Positions 63,101 through 64,000 of a DNA stretch of 64,000 nt are shown here, one piece after another; position 1 is the stretch's first letter; every line of letters begins with the position of its first letter. The stretch spans positions 66,423,597 to 66,487,596 of the forward strand of contig CM074512.1 of NCBI GenBank assembly GCA_037379345.1, read 5' to 3'. The stretch is from Perna viridis (lineage: Eukaryota). Under the pieces are notes generated by a model. It was not told the DNA's origin and made no database searches. It saw only the letters and a program-made list of their open reading frames with translations. The position numbers were made by a program, and so were the translations under genes.

Positions 63101-63247
63101 CCAAAAAATAAACATCTACAAACTTACAATACTTGAAGGACATTTGGCTCCACGACATTGTGCATTAATTTTGACTGTCCTTCGACGGATCTGTATGCCC
63201 TCATCACAGTCTCGGTGACAACTTTCCCATTCCTGCCATTCATTCAT
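1887..63247 (-). CDS. Large multi-exon cadherin-superfamily protein (Fat/protocadherin-like; partial at both ends): TSP1-EGF-Sushi followed by >=16.5 cadherin repeats; 33 exons, 1926 aa in window
   Basis: 33 exons with GT..AG boundaries, joined by hand with matching phases into one open frame. Recurrent cadherin motifs PEN/xEN, DxD, LDYE/FDFE, DxG, DxNDxP/NxNExP. No start, signal peptide, TM segment or stop found in the window. Confidence 0.93.
2570..3394. mobile_element. Non-autonomous Tc1/mariner (pogo/Tigger-like) element
   Basis: 24-bp TIRs cagtggattccgcttaattgcata / tatgcaattaagtggagtcgactg (3 mismatches), TA on both sides. Confidence 0.82.
3504..3659 (-). CDS. Exon 32: EC16 end
   Basis: GIRCTSDVRSAVVFDFETES...ADGEG...NVNDPPT; 156 nt. 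Confidence 0.89.
3960..4895 (+). mobile_element. Crypton-like (tyrosine-recombinase transposon) deletion derivative
   Basis: ORF 4140-4367 (KNINT...SDMKVL..W.EE......EEIPVPELDKILARFF) resembles, from memory, the region upstream of DUF3504 in Crypton/ZMYM/KCTD1-type proteins; hairpin at 4790-4838; boundaries approximate. Confidence 0.55.
4900..5330. repeat. Degenerate ~47-50-bp tandem repeat (~9 units)
   Basis: Recurring gatattwactttgrttaattgat..ataactt. Confidence 0.8.
5528..5776 (-). CDS. Exon 31: EC15 end, EC16 first part
   Basis: TSAEFVLHVINVNESP...KPIIDENK...FDPDGSD...QKCIPVSQ; 249 nt. Confidence 0.9.
6494..6664 (-). CDS. Exon 30: EC15
   Basis: VEDQDADD...LDYEVK...VDGRADPQK; 171 nt. 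Confidence 0.9.
6874..7116 (-). CDS. Exon 29: EC14 end (Cys loop A), EC15 start
   Basis: VKSVGEGCKSMGNDKCLLDFES...TDNGKP...DVNDSP...LPED...ATMI; 243 nt. Confidence 0.9.
7343..8975. repeat. 48-bp minisatellite, array 1 (~34 units)
   Basis: Unit ataccaagtgtacccaaagtgatgacattagctaacyatatctactgt. Confidence 0.95.
8975..11661. repeat. Direct duplication of a ~557-bp unique spacer (8975-9532 = 11104-11661, offset 2129)
   Basis: Identical ORF-track peptides at 9049/11178 and 9236/11365; no differences seen by eye. Confidence 0.93.
9531..11104. repeat. 48-bp minisatellite, array 2 (~33 units)
   Basis: Same unit as array 1. Confidence 0.95.
11987..13236 (+). pseudogene. Nested antisense B-box + NHL/beta-propeller (TRIM-like) pseudogene
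   Basis: MALSESIKNGQIPL*CQLCE...CEDCKLLICCNC..H, a second B-box (CQVCD...CDDCQFFLCESC..GH...NH), then NHL-like repeats (PYGLAIS, FTYPRAIT, PYSLDLSPAGNIYIG). In-frame TGA at 12029, TGA near 12310, frameshifts near 12128, 12320 and 12783. Confidence 0.85.
13880..14531 (+). mobile_element. Helentron/HINE-like element with four ~130-bp internal repeats
   Basis: Repeated aaaccctaa..ttggattatct..cagtaatt..ccttcatgca, then a GACA/GACG microsatellite and an atacccc..ggaggtat hairpin. Confidence 0.6.
15055..15189 (-). CDS. Exon 28: EC14 first part
   Basis: VAEMSPEGTVVGELVTEDPDQNQ...GTLK; 135 nt. Confidence 0.9.
16216..16364 (-). CDS. Exon 27: EC13 end
   Basis: (D)ADLDHETQP...VTDSG...DINELP...ENT; 149 nt, phase 1/0. 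Confidence 0.86.
16840..17595 (-). mobile_element. 5'-truncated Penelope-like retrotransposon (RT palm/thumb remnant plus 3' tail)
   Basis: LFLHSYLADF, catalytic YIDD decayed to YIYD, SASYLNL, LYNKCNDFSFQIVNFPFICGNIP, YGLFISQLIHYARAC; the ORF ends after the thumb with no C-terminal endonuclease. Confidence 0.8.
17770..18400. mobile_element. Dispersed repeat, copy 1 (possibly hAT-like DNA element)
   Basis: Colinear with 43705-44545 (e.g. aatcaactaatcagttacag.taaatcacagtcacaggtggctgcacattggctaa). Confidence 0.7.
18587..20816 (+). mobile_element. Helentron/HINE-like element with internal ~327-bp satellite array
   Basis: 5' gctcacct (18613) and 3' aggtgagct with terminal hairpin agctcacatggccc-ttt-gggcaaggtgagct; GAC-rich tract; repeats at about 19114, 19441, 19768, 20091. 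Confidence 0.72.
21444..21618 (-). CDS. Exon 26: EC13 first part
   Basis: DITFVGGQPEVEENL...VDPDKTD...LSVSA; 175 nt, phase 0/1; donor chosen to match the phase of the next exon. Confidence 0.85.
22305..22466 (-). CDS. Exon 25: EC12 end
   Basis: DQKRICSAQVLVDSALDYENV...DVNEAPS; 162 nt. Confidence 0.89.
22893..23112 (-). mobile_element. Decayed tRNA-derived SINE
   Basis: A-box-like head followed by a body (ataatgtgtctgagtgggg...ctagtacaaagcag) that I recall from bivalve SINEs; the tail recurs at ~33596-33640. Confidence 0.55.
23240..25325. repeat. 33-bp minisatellite (~60 units) with 41-bp variant units and a 585-bp higher-order repeat
   Basis: Unit catggtccaagaagtaaaaacactcaaacayrt; ORF-track offsets of 585. 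Confidence 0.95.
26038..26280 (-). CDS. Exon 24: EC11 end, EC12 first part
   Basis: TDKMFSITVIGETFITL...KPSIPENST...SLCETQ; 243 nt. Confidence 0.87.
27051..27102. repeat. T22-G30 homopolymer junction
   Basis: Directly visible. Confidence 0.9.
27185..27414 (-). CDS. Exon 23: EC11
   Basis: (D)NKIEENAPHG...DDEDEAQ...ILDPSTVY...MDDGEPQKQ; 230 nt, phase 1/0. Confidence 0.89.
28415..29101. mobile_element. MITE of the gtctcactaaccacttc TIR family, long form
   Basis: Both TIRs present; reverse-complement match to 50518-50977. Confidence 0.8.
29880..30072 (-). CDS. Exon 22: EC10 end (Cys loop A)
   Basis: VAESNAGCLSEGGGTCRLDYEET...TDSG...NQNDPPKNIQLS; 193 nt, phase 0/1. Confidence 0.88.
30353..30499 (-). 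CDS. Exon 21: EC10 first part
   Basis: VPESSDMDTVVGRVLVTDPDN...DGRFKVDGDQIK; 147 nt. Confidence 0.89.
30594..30993. mobile_element. TTAA-flanked MITE (Kolobok-like)
   Basis: caggcag / ctgcctg terminal inverted motifs, TTAA on both sides; colinear with 61153-61553. Confidence 0.7.
31300..31398. repeat. 29-bp tandem repeat (~3.5 units)
   Basis: gccacaatacagtatacccatataaagct. Confidence 0.85.
31567..31731 (-). CDS. Exon 20: EC9 end
   Basis: VKKDAVIDYETQ...EDSGTP...NINEET...NYK; 165 nt. Confidence 0.88.
33004..33180. mobile_element. TA-flanked Tc1/mariner-type MITE
   Basis: Perfect 12-bp TIR cagtgtaacctg/caggttacactg with TA on both sides. Confidence 0.78.
33205..33372 (-). CDS. Exon 19: EC9 first part
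   Basis: DILFNGEDGTSLRIRENV...LDPDEGQ...NLLR; 168 nt. Confidence 0.9.
33932..34096 (-). CDS. Exon 18: EC8 end
   Basis: NTTGTQCIAELTTKKVLKFAD...VQDHQG...DQNDPPK; 165 nt. Confidence 0.89.
34588..34800 (-). CDS. Exon 17: EC7 end, EC8 first part
   Basis: SNTVISVEVLNINENP...VPESSP...VDPD...ILCGQQ; 213 nt. Confidence 0.9.
35847..36031 (-). CDS. Exon 16: EC7
   Basis: LVTFTDQDNGQ...LDYEKQARYNLTIKATDNGSPVAS; 185 nt, phase 1/0. Confidence 0.9.
36547..36766 (-). CDS. Exon 15: EC6 end (Cys loop A), EC7 start
   Basis: VKESKELCNNKPCILDYEYE...TDDGTP...DINDPP...IPENSQADLEI; 220 nt, phase 0/1. Confidence 0.9.
37117..37349 (-). repeat. 47-bp tandem repeat of the exon 14 donor junction (5 units)
   Basis: Each unit is the last ~34 nt of the exon plus 13 nt of intron. 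Confidence 0.9.
37316..37462 (-). CDS. Exon 14: EC6 first part
   Basis: IAENSAPGTPVGELSTIDPDN...GRFQIQNSQLQ; 147 nt. Confidence 0.9.
38179..38327. repeat. 30-bp tandem repeat (5 units)
   Basis: agagaaattagacaatcccagctttgatat. Confidence 0.9.
39604..39768 (-). CDS. Exon 13: EC5 end
   Basis: TSDTATVDFEK...TDSGSPP...NVNEEPTDIQLSSYQ; 165 nt. Confidence 0.9.
40245..40412 (-). CDS. Exon 12: EC5 first part
   Basis: DILINGTIVTEVSVEENK...DEDPAD...HLLK; 168 nt. Confidence 0.89.
41492..41653 (-). CDS. Exon 11: EC4 end
   Basis: EVNVYCRALL...FNYETEP...EDKSG...NVNDAAS; 162 nt. Confidence 0.89.
41972..42135. mobile_element. Truncated copy of the gtctcactaaccacttc MITE
   Basis: Matches 28415-28580. Confidence 0.75.
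42232..42430. repeat. Degenerate 9-12-bp repeat (acaacacagatg / aaaacaatg)
   Basis: Directly visible. Confidence 0.75.
42704..42825 (-). CDS. Exon 10: EC4 middle
   Basis: (A)LVVGTVVIKDYDKDDKV...NPKCVNLQ; 122 nt, phase 1/0. Confidence 0.87.
43323..43529. mobile_element. TA-flanked MITE (ctgtgaaagtac family)
   Basis: ta-ctatgaaagtact ... agtattttcacag-ta; relatives at 2177-2335 and 45425-45630. Confidence 0.65.
43705..44545. mobile_element. Dispersed repeat, copy 2 (possibly hAT-like; begins tagggtgcg)
   Basis: Colinear with 17770-18400. Confidence 0.7.
45277..45403 (-). CDS. Exon 9: EC3 end, EC4 start
   Basis: VTSTITFKIEDINESPFGLEI...KPKVKENGN; 127 nt, phase 0/1. Confidence 0.85.
45425..45630. 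mobile_element. TA-flanked MITE
   Basis: Perfect 14-bp TIR ttgtgaaagtactt/aagtactttcacaa with TA flanks. Confidence 0.78.
46485..46693 (-). CDS. Exon 8: EC3
   Basis: EDLVALTTEDEDVDQ...FDFETEE...TDDGTNGQPLS; 209 nt, phase 1/0. Confidence 0.9.
47742..47964 (-). CDS. Exon 7: EC2 end (Cys loop A), EC3 start
   Basis: VARQSDPKCPTEGGNFCLLNREK...DDGSP...DVNDKP...IPEEAEA; 223 nt, phase 0/1. Confidence 0.88.
48900..49061 (-). CDS. Exon 6: EC2 first part
   Basis: LTPNTIPENS...VDDDPSQ...TCVK; 162 nt. Confidence 0.9.
49975..50190 (-). mobile_element. Solo 3' tail of the Penelope-like element
   Basis: Reverse complement of ~505-720. Confidence 0.75.
50518..50977. mobile_element. MITE with 18-bp TIRs and 3-bp TSD (PIF/Harbinger-like)
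   Basis: tag-ggtctcactaaccacttc ... gaagtggttagtgagacc-tag. Confidence 0.82.
51001..51103 (-). CDS. Exon 5: EC1 end
   Basis: (K)WNLTIRSTDLAGDYIEKLFPFEIVNANDPPRAVY; 103 nt, phase 2/0. Confidence 0.88.
52901..54216 (+). mobile_element. Helentron/HINE-like element, same family as 18587-20816
   Basis: Same 5' end (agaggctc..gcctgaatcactcacct) and 3' end (gacgac..ccaagtga.ggcaatagctcacatggcc); ~170-bp then ~330-bp internal repeats. Confidence 0.72.
54980..55890 (+). mobile_element. Helentron/HINE-like element with three ~175-bp internal repeats
   Basis: Repeats at about 55315, 55490, 55663; GACA/GACG tract; atgcccc..ggggcat hairpin. Confidence 0.62.
56643..56836 (-). CDS. Exon 4: cadherin EC1 first part
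   Basis: IEIDLAKTKIDENTPAG...DDDYD...ADYEEPPT; 194 nt, phase 0/2. Confidence 0.88.
58185..58331 (-). CDS. Exon 3: Sushi/CCP C-terminal half and link to EC1
   Basis: TYNTTCKASC...ICQKDAKWSQPKIFCSPKNNPPQD (C...W...C pattern); 147 nt. Confidence 0.88.
60340..60543 (-). CDS. Exon 2: end of TSP1, EGF-like module, start of Sushi/CCP
   Basis: SFTHCHLKCKGLCNQGVCSCPEGETLASDGVTCKLIVCPP...TCSER; 204 nt, phase 0/0. Confidence 0.87.
61153..61553. mobile_element. TTAA-type MITE (Kolobok-like)
   Basis: TIRs gagggtgtccatgcaaaaaccaggcag / ctgcctgatttttacatggaccatctc, flanked by ctaa/ttaa; an inverted partial copy starts at 56870. Confidence 0.72.
62915..63066. other. ~150-bp imperfect palindrome
   Basis: agaattggc...tgtgcatatt...tgcac-ttc-gtgca...aatatgcaca...gccaattct. 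Confidence 0.8.
63128..63247 (-). CDS. Exon 1 in window: thrombospondin type-1 repeat (part)
   Basis: MNEWQEWESCHRDCDEGIQIRRRTVKINAQCRGAKCPSSI: WxxWxxC...C..G.Q.R.R signature; 120 nt, phase 0/0; not in the ORF track. Confidence 0.85.
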
Positions 63248-64000
63248 CTACAGTGTGCAAAAATGTGCAGAATGTGCAAATAATGAAATTATAGTGCAAA
63301 ATGCATGCAAGTGCAATAAGTGACTGGGTAGGAACTATGTGAATAACAACTAAGCATTATAAGGAAAACAACACTTCAGTACTAGAAACCTGCAGTCCAG
63401 TGGTTGTCATGGTTTTTCATGTTCAATGTTATTCATTTTACATTTTTTCTATAGATTAGGTTGATTTTCATTTTTTATGAATAGTTTCACTGTCACATCA
63501 TTTAAAGCTTGCTTTATGGTATGTGTTTTGCCCATTTTTGATGACCATGTGGTGATCTGTAGAAGTCTAATTGTTCTTTGCTTGGCATTTGGTGGATGGC
63601 AATGGCATTCATACCACATCTCCTATTTTTATACTTTCAATACTTTTTTTCAATCTTACACATGATTTAATTAAGCCCATATGATTTTCTATAAGAAGTT
63701 CATCTGTCAGCATGAATTTTTAAAACAATTTCTCCTCTTTCCATTGTGAAGTAAAATGGTTGCTCAACTATTAATAAAATCTGTCTCAACCAAAAGTTAA
63801 ACTAGTGTTATAAATCATTTCCATTTAAAATTTTCAATCTTTTTCCTGCATCAATTTATTCTCATTCTGACTGGTTGATTTGTTAAATGGATTTTGCACA
63901 TATGTGAAAGCTACAATTTATTTTTTCAGACTGAGTTGCCACTGTGCTTTATGAAGACCTGGTAACTCCACTCAACTTCATTTGCTGAATGGGTATGTGC

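Noticed and set aside
1887-63247. Naming the gene FAT4, DCHS or PCDH
   Set aside because: The N-terminal TSP1/EGF/Sushi modules and the tetrad pattern do not fit those orthologues, and the diagnostic C-terminus is outside the window
63930-63961. Possible small + strand exon (ttttttcag...ctg|gtaact)
   Set aside because: Splice-like signals only, with no coding or partner-exon support in the window

Overview
AT-rich eukaryotic DNA, probably from a bivalve mollusc such as Mytilus (inferred from the repeat families and the B-box/NHL gene type). It is not a prokaryotic region. Almost the whole window is the interior of one minus-strand multi-exon gene. I traced 33 GT-AG exons by hand from 63247 to 1887. 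They join phase-consistently into 5778 nt (1926 aa) with no stop, and both ends of the gene lie outside the window. The protein reads TSP1 - EGF-like - Sushi/CCP - at least 16.5 cadherin (EC) repeats. The EC repeats follow a four-domain super-repeat: plain / Cys-loop type A / plain / split-Cys type B, with intron positions conserved between tetrads. One linker (EC11-12) has lost its calcium-binding motifs. The introns hold an antisense nested B-box/NHL pseudogene and large minisatellites (42, 48 and 33 bp; the last has a 585-bp higher-order unit). They also hold a tandem duplication of about 2.1 kb, two tandem arrays that reiterate splice donors, Penelope-like RT remnants, Helentron/HINE-like elements all antisense to the host gene, a Crypton-like remnant and several MITE families. 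Most ORFs in the supplied track are repeat read-throughs or exon-plus-intron fragments.
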